Positions 19,180 through 28,943 of a stretch of 38,874 bases of DNA are shown in pieces. This stretch comes from Pseudobacteriovorax sp. (GTDB lineage Bacteria > Bdellovibrionota_B > Oligoflexia > Oligoflexales > Oligoflexaceae): NCBI GenBank assembly GCA_050293845.1, contig JBNKNM010000033.1:1-38874 (forward strand), written 5' to 3'. Under the pieces are notes generated by a model. That model did no database searches. It worked only from the letters and a program-made list of their open reading frames with translations, and was not told where the DNA came from. Within the stretch, counting starts at the first letter, position 1; each line of letters starts with the position of its first letter. The translations under genes were made by a program, and so were the position numbers.

Positions 19180-20061
19180 TTAACGCAACAATCCAATCGC
19201 TAGCTCCGGTACCGAACCAGCTTGAGCCAAAATGGAGCTACCTGCTTGTGCTAAAATTCTGGACTGAGAAAAATCAGCAGTAGCAGAAGCAAAATCAACG
19301 TCCTTAATACGTGATCGCGAAGAGGAAAGGTTTTCTATTTGAACACCAAGGTTGGTAATGGTCGAATTTAGTCGACTTTGCTTGGCTCCAAGTATAGCCC
19401 TATTTCCTGCGACTTTTTTAATAGCATCATCCAAGACTGTTAACTTGTCAGCAGCTGTTTGCCGATCAAAGTCACCATCAGGCTCCTGTGGCCCGATTTC
19501 AGATTCTTTTCCTAACCCTAATACTTCTGAAGCATTGATTTTGATATTGTCAATATTAATACCAATTGTATCTGTATTTTCAACTGTACCATCTCCTGCA
19601 CCCACATGGATCACAAGCTCACTGATACCGTTCTCTTCTTCTCCTTGAAGCAGTTTCATACCATTAAACTCAGTAGTGCTGACTATCCGATCAATTTCAT
19701 CGACTAACTGAGTGTATTCTTTGTTGGTATAGGATCTTTCCAAATTACCTATGGTATCGGAAGCTGATTGCGTAGCAAGCTCTCGCATCCTTATCAGAAT
19801 ATTTGAAATTTCATTCATGCCACCTTCCGCTACCTGAATCAATGATATACCATCATTGGCATTACGCTTGGCTTGACCCATGGAACGAATCTTTCCGGAC
19901 ATGTTCTCCGATATGGCAAGTCCTGCAGCGTCGTCAGCAGATTTGTTAATCCTATAGCCACTAGACAGTTTTTCCATAGTTTCACCCATTTTATGGGTGG
20001 TATTTTTTAATTGCCTCTGGGCGACCAAAGATGTAACGTTTGTCCTGATGCGTAGACCCAT
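19180..20061 (-). CDS. fliC: Flagellin
   Basis: KLSSGYRINKSADDAAGLAISE and SRIKDVDFA motifs; AGGAGG RBS. Confidence 0.97.
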   Translation of the reverse strand: MGLRIRTNVTSLVAQRQLKNTTHKMGETMEKLSSGYRINKSADDAAGLAISENMSGKIRSMGQAKRNANDGISLIQVAEGGMNEISNILIRMRELATQSASDTIGNLERSYTNKEYTQLVDEIDRIVSTTEFNGMKLLQGEEENGISELVIHVGAGDGTVENTDTIGINIDNIKINASEVLGLGKESEIGPQEPDGDFDRQTAADKLTVLDDAIKKVAGNRAILGAKQSRLNSTITNLGVQIENLSSSRSRIKDVDFASATADFSQSRILAQAGSSILAQAGSVPELAIGLLR

Positions 20062-20108
20062 TATAGCCTCCTACATGGTTGCAACAATTTATTGAATTAA
20101 CAATGAAC

Positions 20109-20135
20109 CATTCGACTTTTGACAAACTCTCTTTA
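20109..20135 (-). promoter_or_regulatory. sigma28 promoter of flagellin
   Basis: TAAA-N15-GTCGAATG on the minus strand, about 50 nt upstream of the ATG. Confidence 0.75.
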
Positions 20136-20350
20136 GGCTAAAATTAAATTTATTATTGATATATCTTATAAAATAATTTAGTTTTTTTATAAAATACTTG
20201 GAATTCTATTGAAGATTCAGTCGTTTGAATTTATCAAAATTTTTCTCATGATAATGAGAAATTTGAGCCGTCTAGCTCACTTTACATCACCGTTTGTGGG
20301 GAATAATATATTTTAATTTTTCATAAAGAATGAAGTTATACACTGATAAA

Positions 20351-21676
20351 TTAGGTAGTTTCGAAATCTATAAATTTTTGAGACAATATCTTAGCAAAGT
20401 GAAATGCTGAGAGTAAAGCAAACGACAATAGTATAGGTTCAAACCAAAATAAGATTTCGGCAGCCCGTACGACTTCCAGTTGCAAGTTTGCCAAATAATA
20501 TGGACTACTAACTTCCCAAAGGTATGTACCTACCGCCGTAGCGCCAATGCTACATAAGAGAAACCAGGTGCCCTCCCAAAAACCAGTAAGTCCCCAATTA
20601 GGTCTTCTCAAAAGTGTTAGAAAGAGAAAGATGAAGGCAACAAACAGATCTAAGTCTATGGGTCTGATAAATTGCTGAAACCAAGCGGAAAATGAGTTCC
20701 AGCTAAAAGATGAAGCAACAAAATGGGTTTCCTTTGTCATCCATACGACTATGCCCCATTGTACAAGCTGCAGGGCAGACAGTGAAAGAATCAGCGGTTT
20801 CCACTGTCTATGGTGTTGAAGCCACAGTAAAAAAGGAACCTTGATGGAGCGAAAAAGGCCACCCTTAGCAAAGTAAACGCTCACCGGAAGAACGATCGGC
20901 TGGGTGTAAATATGCTCCCGTAGCCAAAGCCTTAACTGAACCCAGACATTCTCTGCAGTGGTGGCATCAGTGTTTAAATGCACCCCACGCTTTTTTTGAT
21001 ATCGCAATTGAGAAATAATTTTAGGCAGATACCACGGTCTTAACAGATAAAGCAAGACTAATCCCAGCGGTAAAACAAAGCCAATGGCGGTTAAACTAAG
21101 GTCGACAGCCATCAATAAAAAAGGCAGCAACGCAATAAATACTAGCAAAAGCCGCGAACCGCTGCGCAACCAATGAAATACACCACACATCCAAAGTGTC
21201 ATTAAACAAGTCATTAATCCCTGCCCCGAGATAAAACCATTGGCGGCGATGAGCCGACCTCGACTGAGTAACAATGCAGCAACTGATAGATTTATAATCC
21301 AACTCCGGGCAAAAAATCGACTAATCAACACGCAGCAGACGATAGTAAGCACCAAGAGCCCTTGATTCATTCGGACATAGGAACTTATGCGAAACTCCCC
21401 ATCAATGCAGGAAAAACGAAAAAAACTTTCGTAGATCAGAGAGTTTTCCCAGCTTGGCATGTCGGAGTTGTTATAAGACCACCGTCTTTGGAGAGGTAAC
21501 TTTGAGAAGTCACAAGTGACGGACTTTGCTTCTAAATGTTCAATGACATCCGCTATGCGGGGGTCAATACGGATAGAATATGTCCGAAGGTCCATCCAAA
21601 TGAGCCTCATCAGTATCATTGTAAACAGGGTTAGAGTTAAAAAAATTTTAAAGTTGGACTGTGATTTTTGATTCAT
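20351..21676 (-). CDS. Polytopic membrane protein, weakly GT-C (ArnT/PMT)-like
   Basis: N-terminal TM, periplasmic loop, then multiple TMs including AALLLSRGRLIAANGFISGQGLMTCL. Confidence 0.5.
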   Translation of the reverse strand: MNQKSQSNFKIFLTLTLFTMILMRLIWMDLRTYSIRIDPRIADVIEHLEAKSVTCDFSKLPLQRRWSYNNSDMPSWENSLIYESFFRFSCIDGEFRISSYVRMNQGLLVLTIVCCVLISRFFARSWIINLSVAALLLSRGRLIAANGFISGQGLMTCLMTLWMCGVFHWLRSGSRLLLVFIALLPFLLMAVDLSLTAIGFVLPLGLVLLYLLRPWYLPKIISQLRYQKKRGVHLNTDATTAENVWVQLRLWLREHIYTQPIVLPVSVYFAKGGLFRSIKVPFLLWLQHHRQWKPLILSLSALQLVQWGIVVWMTKETHFVASSFSWNSFSAWFQQFIRPIDLDLFVAFIFLFLTLLRRPNWGLTGFWEGTWFLLCSIGATAVGTYLWEVSSPYYLANLQLEVVRAAEILFWFEPILLSFALLSAFHFAKILSQKFIDFETT

Positions 21677-22034
21677 AGGTACCTACAATCTGACCGCTAG
21701 GGATCTTAGCACAAAACTGTCGCTATAGATAGGATGCTACGCCTGACAGTTCTGGTTTCCAGAGACCTACTGATATTGAAACCCCAATTTTAGACGCGGT
21801 CCTTCATTTAAAATTAGATATATTTTAATGTTGTAAGTTGCATAAGCTAAATAAATTCTAATGAATTTTATAGTTAACCCTAATGATTTAATTTGACATC
21901 AAACTAATTCTTTAATATGAAACTTTTGAATAGGATAAAGACGCATATATACAGGCTACGATCAGCTAGAAATTGGCTATTGGGCGTATTACGTCTTTTA
22001 ATGGGATTATTTTTAAAAGAGTAGGAGACCTAGT

Positions 22035-22472
22035 ATGGCTTCTGTCGAACTGCGGCCTGGGGATATTTTGAATATCGTCTGGACCTCTGTCCAAGACACA
22101 CCCTTAGGCCTAAAAGAAGTAGAGTCAAGTTTCGCATTTTCATATGACGAATTGCTGTCCCGCTTGAAGACAAAGGGACGAGCTGGAAAATCACGTAGAT
22201 CTGGAACCAGCGGAGCTAGATTCTCACGCATTGTCGCCCTGTCAACCAATGCACTCCGTAAGGGTCGATGGTCTACCGGCGCGGAAATTGATCGCGATGA
22301 GGTTTTTGATAAACTAATAAACAAATTCAACGAGCTAGACATGGACGAGTATAAAAACATAACAAGTAATGCTCGAAAATCGATCAGTCACCTCTATCAG
22401 AATGCCGACTACCTTTCCTTACATCAGAAACAAGAGCTCAAAGGCATTGTTTCTGCCGTATCACTAAATTAG
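22035..22472 (+). CDS. Small cytoplasmic hypothetical protein with a basic central patch
   Basis: AGGAG RBS, 145 aa, RLKTKGRAGKSRRSG segment. Confidence 0.7.
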   Translation: MASVELRPGDILNIVWTSVQDTPLGLKEVESSFAFSYDELLSRLKTKGRAGKSRRSGTSGARFSRIVALSTNALRKGRWSTGAEIDRDEVFDKLINKFNELDMDEYKNITSNARKSISHLYQNADYLSLHQKQELKGIVSAVSLN

Positions 22473-22555
22473 CATGCTGTCTTTTTGGGTGAGTCATATA
22501 CCGCGAATCTGAGCTATAATAATTCCTAGTATTTTATCCGATACTAGGAGTTATT

Positions 22556-24316
22556 GTGCATCATAAAAGACAGGTCTATATTAGCCTCCTCGGCATTACT
22601 ATTTCCCTCGCATTCTACTGTCTTGACCATTGGGTAAAGGAGTCTCTTGCCCACGATCGCACCGTAGTAAACAGTCAATTTAATCGCTATCACACTTTGC
22701 TGTATTCACTCCGGGATACCATTGACTTTGATCAAGATTTTAAGGCTCATTTGGAGAATGGTTCTAAAGAAGCCTCCAAGGGGTTCTTAAAGGTCCTTGC
22801 CGACAGTATCGGCATTGATGGTAACATTCTCATTTGGGATAAGAATTGCGAATTGGTAGCAAGTGCCATCCAGGGCATTCCCTTGTCGAAAAACTGTCAG
22901 CATCAGAAGTCGGGAGCTAAGACCTGGTCTCTCCATCAAGGAGTCTATGCTATCACCCTACCTCTTCCGCAGTTAGACTATGTTTTAGAAGTCCTGACTG
23001 TAAAGGGTAGCGTGTTTCAGGGGAAAATCAAAGAACACATCAATGAAGCTACGATCAGCCCACATCTTCAGCAAGAAGCAGCTCCCTTGTTAGTGCTATC
23101 AACCGATACATTGATCTACAGCTCGCGGCCTTGGGTCAACTTCTGGTATCGATGGTGCTACTCTATTCCAGCAAGTTTCTGGCTGATATTAACCTTATTT
23201 TTTGCGACAATTCTGGGCTTTTTATTGTATGCAGCGTTTCAAAAGTTGCAGGATAAACATCAGTCAGCGCAGACATTTGCAAGTGCGATTCTAAAGCAAC
23301 ATGGTATGGACACCAGAGCAAGACCCTGTCTCATGGAACAGCTTAAATTAATTGAACAAAAACTATTGGACATACAAATGACTAAGCACGATCAGCTACG
23401 GCATTTGGAGGGAGCTATGCATCAGCAGAGTACTGAAATCAACCAATTAGAATCATTACGACTGGATTCTTATTTTTACAACTCATTACAACAGCAAATG
23501 AACGATCATGGCCAGCAGTTAGTAGCTGCTTTGGTACAGTGGGGCTCCCAAGCCGAAGATATTAACGATACTGTTGAAAAGGCTATATATGCTCCTTGCC
23601 ATCAATTGCTAAAGCTTTTACGACACTGGCAAACCGAGCTAGGCCGCGTTTCTGCACGCAAGTTTTTTCGTACATTATCAGAAAGAACCCTAAGTTCTGG
23701 TAAGTCGCAGTTGGATCATGAAACTAATACACTTATCGAGAGTCTCGAGGCCATGTTTCAAAATTGCATTCAGCTGCGCGTCTCCTGCCAAAAATTATCA
23801 GAGGAGCAAGTATCGATGGTTAGTTTAGCTGACTATTGGCTTTCCCTGGTAAAAAAAGATCACAGTAAATCGTTCACCATAGCTCAGTCGGCCCAGATTG
23901 CCCAGTCTCTCGTCATGGCACAAAACGGCTTGAGCCCAAAATTTTTTATCAATCAATGGGAAGAGGAATCTTCCACCTTGGATACAAACCCCGCTACCTG
24001 GAATTCTTGTCTGCTTCATATCTACAAAGGGATACTATGGGAGCAAAAAGGGCAACATCAACCCATTTATACCCGCCTGATACTTAAAGATAGAAGATTT
24101 TTCTTAATTATTACAAGTAGTTTCAAACAGAAAAAAGCATCCCCTCTAGACAGCCCTCCCAACCATCATATCGCTCTAGCCCAAAAAATTATAAGTTCCA
24201 CAAAGCTGCAGTTTTTAAACCTACCCCATGAATACCATGAAATCGCACTAGCTATTACTTGGAGTCAGGTTATGGAACATAGTAAAGGCGGACAGATAAA
24301 AATGGCTCAGCGTTAA
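22556..24316 (+). CDS. Membrane protein with sensor-kinase-like topology but no recognisable catalytic boxes
   Basis: TM, extracytoplasmic domain, TM, coiled coil, alpha/beta C-terminus. No H, N or G boxes seen. Confidence 0.55.
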   Translation: MHHKRQVYISLLGITISLAFYCLDHWVKESLAHDRTVVNSQFNRYHTLLYSLRDTIDFDQDFKAHLENGSKEASKGFLKVLADSIGIDGNILIWDKNCELVASAIQGIPLSKNCQHQKSGAKTWSLHQGVYAITLPLPQLDYVLEVLTVKGSVFQGKIKEHINEATISPHLQQEAAPLLVLSTDTLIYSSRPWVNFWYRWCYSIPASFWLILTLFFATILGFLLYAAFQKLQDKHQSAQTFASAILKQHGMDTRARPCLMEQLKLIEQKLLDIQMTKHDQLRHLEGAMHQQSTEINQLESLRLDSYFYNSLQQQMNDHGQQLVAALVQWGSQAEDINDTVEKAIYAPCHQLLKLLRHWQTELGRVSARKFFRTLSERTLSSGKSQLDHETNTLIESLEAMFQNCIQLRVSCQKLSEEQVSMVSLADYWLSLVKKDHSKSFTIAQSAQIAQSLVMAQNGLSPKFFINQWEEESSTLDTNPATWNSCLLHIYKGILWEQKGQHQPIYTRLILKDRRFFLIITSSFKQKKASPLDSPPNHHIALAQKIISSTKLQFLNLPHEYHEIALAITWSQVMEHSKGGQIKMAQR

Positions 24317-25674
24317 AAATTTTCAACGTCATCAAAAATAGCATCAAGATCAAGATTATCAACGGAGCCTTGTTCAAGAACATCCAGTTTTGGAGCTTTA
24401 CTATCCTTACTGGGAGCCTGATCTGGCTCAGCTTCTTCATCGTGTATAATCGTTTCTTCAAAGTCGACCGACTGAAATTCTTCCAATTCCAACCCAGGAG
24501 CTTCCTTCGGCTTTTCAAGTATTTTTATATTAAACCCCGCATTTTCAAAACTTGGGTCCAGCTGATAGGACTTTTTGAAACAGGCCAGTCCCTTTTCCGA
24601 GTTTCCAGTTTTAACAAAACCTATTCCCATATTGTAGATAATCCGAGCCATCAACTGAGTGTGTTTTGATAAGAGTCGGATCGCCTTTTGATAAAGTCCA
24701 AAGCCAACATCATATTTTTCCTGTTTGATGGCTAGTATGGCGGCGGTATTAAACACAGAACTCAGCTCACGGTGGTTGGCACACTCCCGCAATAGGCTTA
24801 AAGCTTCGTTAAGTTCTCCGGCTAGCAACATACTTTTACTTTTACCTAGTTTAGCTGTTTTATAGCTTGGCGAAATTTTTAAAATTTCATCATAAGCTTC
24901 ATTGGCTTCATCGGGACGATCAAGGTCAAGAAACAGATCAGCCATTTCTAGCAATCGTTCTGTATTGTAAGGGCTCACAAGCTGGGCACCTTTTAGAGAA
25001 GCAATGGCACTATTGTAATCGGAGTCCCTCAGGCGGCAACGAGCGAATAGGTGCTTGATACGCGCATAAGGAGGATCAAGATCCAGACAAGGTCGCAATA
25101 GGTCTTCAGCCTCTTTCCAGTTGCCCTGGACTATCTTGGCCTCAGCTAACTCCACCACAACCCGTGGATTATCCGAGGTCTTTTCATGTAGTTTCGTTAG
25201 CATTTCAAAAGCTTGGTCTTGCTTGCCTTCACGCTTAGCATTCTCAATATTTAGCAATACTTGCCGGATGGGACTCAGACGACGGTATTCCGCCACCATA
25301 TTCTTAACCTGCCCACGGATAGAGTCTGTGGTGATATCCCCGATGGTACAACAACTAACGAAAAACTCCTTTGCCGTTTTAATAATATTTTCATCTTCTC
25401 GTGTTGCCAGTAAATAGACGGGGTGAGACTCAATTGCAGATGCTTTCCGGTTCGCTTCCAGTACTCGTATGATGGAATCAGCACCCATATCCCAGTCTAA
25501 AACCAGATAAGCAAAGCTTGACTTATCTACGATACTTAGAATATTCGTCTCTTGCACAACGTTTTGTATATTGTTGGTATCAAGACCATTTACTTTCAGA
25601 GCTTGGCGAACCACATCTCTGACTTCTGCCCGTTTGGAGTAAATAAACGCTGCCTCGATATCAATTTTACCCAA
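24313..25674 (-). CDS. Atypical receiver domain plus TPR repeats and an acidic tail
   Basis: N-terminal REC-like LVLDWDM; many TPRs (IIYNMGIGFVKTGNSEKGLACFKKSYQLDP); GGAGG RBS with TTG start. Confidence 0.8.
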   Translation of the reverse strand: MGKIDIEAAFIYSKRAEVRDVVRQALKVNGLDTNNIQNVVQETNILSIVDKSSFAYLVLDWDMGADSIIRVLEANRKASAIESHPVYLLATREDENIIKTAKEFFVSCCTIGDITTDSIRGQVKNMVAEYRRLSPIRQVLLNIENAKREGKQDQAFEMLTKLHEKTSDNPRVVVELAEAKIVQGNWKEAEDLLRPCLDLDPPYARIKHLFARCRLRDSDYNSAIASLKGAQLVSPYNTERLLEMADLFLDLDRPDEANEAYDEILKISPSYKTAKLGKSKSMLLAGELNEALSLLRECANHRELSSVFNTAAILAIKQEKYDVGFGLYQKAIRLLSKHTQLMARIIYNMGIGFVKTGNSEKGLACFKKSYQLDPSFENAGFNIKILEKPKEAPGLELEEFQSVDFEETIIHDEEAEPDQAPSKDSKAPKLDVLEQGSVDNLDLDAIFDDVENF

Positions 25675-25707
25675 TGTAGCCTCCGCTAGGATGGACCAAT
25701 AGAAACT

Positions 25708-25734
25708 ACATCGGTACCGTAAAGGCCAACTGTA
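25708..25734 (-). promoter_or_regulatory. Possible sigma28 promoter of the REC-TPR gene
   Basis: TACA-N15-ACCGATGT on the minus strand. Confidence 0.3.
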
Positions 25735-25788
25735 GGTAAACTTTGAGTCTGGGGAAGAGTAAAAAAATAACTGTATGATTACAGTAAA

Positions 25789-27051
25789 TTACAAAGTTCC
25801 TTCGCGAAGATTCACAACCCTCCCCTTGGACCAAATTTCATCCATTTCCAGCTCCGGTTGGCTATGAATCACAATCCCTGACCCAGCAGCAAATGCAGTT
25901 TCTCCCTGCTCGCGAACCACAGTGCGGATAAGAATAGAGGAATCAAAATATCCCTGTTGGGGGGAGTAGATGAAGCAATTCCCCATGAAGAAACCACGGT
26001 TCCGTTGTTCGTGATCCCGAATCGCAGTCATAACTTCTATTTTGGGAGCTCCTGTTATCGATCCCCCTGGACATAACACGGAGAGAATGTATCCTAGAGT
26101 TAATGGAGCCCGTAAGTTTCCTTCGATTTGGGCGATGAGATGATGGACCGTGGAAAAGGAGTGAAGAGACCCTGGATCTTTAACGATGACGGACCCAGGC
26201 TTGCAGACACGATATAAATCGTTGCGCATCAGGTCGACAATCATGCTGAGTTCTGCCCTGTCTTTCTCGCTATTTAGTAAGCGCTTTTTCAATAAATCAT
26301 CAACCCCAGGGACCTTACTAGCGGATATTGTTCCCTTAATAGGATCAGTACGGATGATAAGCTGGCCGTTTTCGGGATAAATTTGAATAAAGCGTTCGGG
26401 GCTCATGGAAATCATTTCAAAATCTGACCACCTGATCCAGGCAGCAAAAGGACCTGCGTGTGCTGCGAAATGCGGCCACCAATCAACCCCCTGTTCTGCA
26501 ATCAGCTTAAAATAACGGAGCAGGTTTATCTGATAATAGCGACCACTTCGGATCTCAGCCAAACACTTTTCGACAAGTTTGAGGTAAGTTCTATCGGATA
26601 GGGATGGTTGCCAGCGGACGGAGGGGGAACGGCGGCGAGCTGGATTTGTCTGCTCCAGTAGATGCTCTATTTCTTTCCAGGAACATAGGGAACTCCTGCC
26701 ATCTGATGAATCTGAAGCAAAATGAACCTGCCCTGACAAGTAATCAAAAATAAGTACTTCATAAATACGAAAAACTCTTGCCCGATGGGGAGACGCAAAG
26801 GGAGAAAACAGCTCATAAGGAACCCCACCCATATAGCGCGGAAAAATATGCTGTTCGGAACCATCTATATGAATGGGTTCTGAAAAGCATATTTGGGGAT
26901 CGACTGCTTTATACCCTAATGCCAAGTAACATTTCTGGCTTCCTCTCCCTCCAAAAGCCAAAAGGGGGCGCTCCACAGGCCAATATTGAAGCAGTCGCCA
27001 ATAATCAGCGGCATCCAGTTGTGACAATAGTTCAAAATTTACAGTTCCCAT
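25789..27051 (-). CDS. pabB: Chorismate-binding enzyme, aminodeoxychorismate synthase component I / anthranilate synthase component I family
   Basis: SPERF, PIKGT, SEKDRAELSMIVDLMRNDL and PGGSITGAPK motifs. Confidence 0.8.
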   Translation of the reverse strand: MGTVNFELLSQLDAADYWRLLQYWPVERPLLAFGGRGSQKCYLALGYKAVDPQICFSEPIHIDGSEQHIFPRYMGGVPYELFSPFASPHRARVFRIYEVLIFDYLSGQVHFASDSSDGRSSLCSWKEIEHLLEQTNPARRRSPSVRWQPSLSDRTYLKLVEKCLAEIRSGRYYQINLLRYFKLIAEQGVDWWPHFAAHAGPFAAWIRWSDFEMISMSPERFIQIYPENGQLIIRTDPIKGTISASKVPGVDDLLKKRLLNSEKDRAELSMIVDLMRNDLYRVCKPGSVIVKDPGSLHSFSTVHHLIAQIEGNLRAPLTLGYILSVLCPGGSITGAPKIEVMTAIRDHEQRNRGFFMGNCFIYSPQQGYFDSSILIRTVVREQGETAFAAGSGIVIHSQPELEMDEIWSKGRVVNLREGTL

Positions 27052-27116
27052 AAGCTCTAAGTTTGAAAATTAAAGAAGGAGAGGTATCATGCCTACCACA
27101 CGAAACTTAGAATAGG

Positions 27117-27980
27117 ATGAACCCCATGGCAATAGCAGGATTTAAAAAGATAGGTGTCATAGGAGCCGGTCAAATGGGTAGTGGTATAGCACAGGTTTGT
27201 GCTAGCCATGGTCTCGATGTCATACTCTGTGATATTCAAGCGGAGCAGTTAGAGCTGGCCCTTACTAAAATCAAAAAATCCCTAGAGAAATTGTTTAGCA
27301 AAGGAAAACTGGACCGTGAGCCAAGTGTGATTTTAAATCACCTAGACTCCACAACAAAACTTGCAGACCTGAACCAATGCGACCTAGTCATTGAAGCGAT
27401 CGTGGAAAATGAGAACATAAAAGGCAAAATTTTCCGCGAGCTTGATGCTATCTGCCCTCCAGAAACGATCCTTGCTAGTAATACCTCCTCCATCCCCATT
27501 ACCCGCTTGGGTGCCCATACATCTCGCGCCCCACTTGTTATTGGGATGCACTTTATGAACCCTGTTCCCATCATGAAACTGATAGAGGTGATACCGGGGA
27601 TGGCGACGGACCCAAGCACTACAGAACGCATCGTAGCCCTAGCCGCAGGTCTCGGTAAAGAAGTTTCACAAAGCCAGGACTTCCCTGGATTTGTTGTCAA
27701 TAGAATTCTCATGCCTATGATCAATGAGGCCTTCACCGCACTCATGGAGGGCGTTGCCAGCGCTGAAGATATCGATAAAGGGATGAAGCTTGGTACCAAT
27801 CAGCCCATGGGCCCTCTGACCCTAGCCGATTTCATCGGCCTTGATACATGTCTTGCTATAATGAAAGTTCTCCATGAAGGGCTGGGGGACCCGCGGTACC
27901 GACCTTGCCCCTTACTTGTGAAATATGTAGAAGCCGGGTATCTGGGCCGGAAGTCAGGCCGGGGCGTATACCAGTATTAG
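27117..27980 (+). CDS. hbd: 3-hydroxybutyryl-CoA dehydrogenase
   Basis: [28 protein letters not shown] and [14 protein letters not shown] motifs. Confidence 0.93.
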   Translation: MNPMAIAGFKKIGVIGAGQMGSGIAQVCASHGLDVILCDIQAEQLELALTKIKKSLEKLFSKGKLDREPSVILNHLDSTTKLADLNQCDLVIEAIVENENIKGKIFRELDAICPPETILASNTSSIPITRLGAHTSRAPLVIGMHFMNPVPIMKLIEVIPGMATDPSTTERIVALAAGLGKEVSQSQDFPGFVVNRILMPMINEAFTALMEGVASAEDIDKGMKLGTNQPMGPLTLADFIGLDTCLAIMKVLHEGLGDPRYRPCPLLVKYVEAGYLGRKSGRGVYQY

Positions 27981-28010
27981 ATATTTAACACCCTCAATTA
28001 AGGAGCCAAA

Positions 28011-28802
28011 ATGTCAGTTGAGACACAGTTTGAGACTTTAGAAGTCAAAAAAGAAAAGGGGGTGGTTTGGGCTACCATCAACCGTCCCAAAGTTCTTAAT
28101 GCTTTAAACTACCAGGTTCTTAGCGACCTTACAAACTTGGTGGACCAATTGGTGGCTGAAAGCACTCTGAGAGTTTTAGTTCTCCAGGGAGCCGGTGAAA
28201 AATCTTTTGTGGCTGGAGCGGACATTGCATCTATGAGGGAGCTGACCAGCGATCAGGCCCAAGCTTTTGCCAACCTAGGCCAAGAGCTAACCTTGAAGTT
28301 GGAAGCCGCACCATTCGTTACTATCGCTAAAGTCCAGGGTTTCGCCTTGGGTGGTGGGTGCGAGCTAGCCATGGCATGCGATATCATCATTGCTGCTGAT
28401 TCTGCTATCATAGGACAGCCAGAGGTCGCCCTCGGTTTGATTCCCGGATTTGGTGGTACCCAACGATTAGCGGGCCGCGTGGGATTACCCCTAGCCCTTG
28501 ATGTGCTATTAGGGGGTAGGAAGCTGAAGGGGAATGAAGCCCTTCAATGCGGTTTGATTTCCCAGTGTGTAGAGAAAGATAAACTAGAAGATGCCGTAGT
28601 GGAAACCATTAGCAGGATCTTAAAAGCAGCCCCCGCGGCATTAAGAGAAACTAAACGTCTGTCTCGCGCAGCTTTGGAAGTTCCCTTGAAGCACGGGCTA
28701 GATGCGGAAGCTAGCGCTTTTGCTAACTGTTTTTCGCGTCCTGAATCCCAAGAAGGAATCTCAGCATTTCTAGAAAAAAGAAATGCCTCGTTTTCTTTGT
28801 AG
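28011..28802 (+). CDS. crt: Enoyl-CoA hydratase (crotonase)
   Basis: FVAGADI, ALGGGCELAMACD and GQPEVALGLIPGFGGTQRL motifs. Confidence 0.9.
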   Translation: MSVETQFETLEVKKEKGVVWATINRPKVLNALNYQVLSDLTNLVDQLVAESTLRVLVLQGAGEKSFVAGADIASMRELTSDQAQAFANLGQELTLKLEAAPFVTIAKVQGFALGGGCELAMACDIIIAADSAIIGQPEVALGLIPGFGGTQRLAGRVGLPLALDVLLGGRKLKGNEALQCGLISQCVEKDKLEDAVVETISRILKAAPAALRETKRLSRAALEVPLKHGLDAEASAFANCFSRPESQEGISAFLEKRNASFSL

Positions 28803-28846
28803 AAATTTGCTAGCCCATTTCATATATTTATCGTGGTTTTTAAGAA

Positions 28847-28914
28847 GTGGAGCTGAAGCTCCACGGAGGGTGTTGCGAAGCCTCTTTTATAGGAAGGAGT
28901 TTCGCAACACCCTC
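28847..28914. repeat. Two tandem inverted repeats between crt and the Lys-rich gene
   Basis: GTGGAGCT-GA-AGCTCCAC at 28847-28864; 14-bp arms GAGGGTGTTGCGAA / TTCGCAACACCCTC at 28866-28879 and 28901-28914. Confidence 0.75.
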
Positions 28915-28943
28915 TTGTAACACCATTCATCAAGGAAACGGCT

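Noticed and set aside
20062..20108. CsrA/FliW control of flagellin
   Set aside because: Only one GGA, which is the RBS itself; insufficient evidence.
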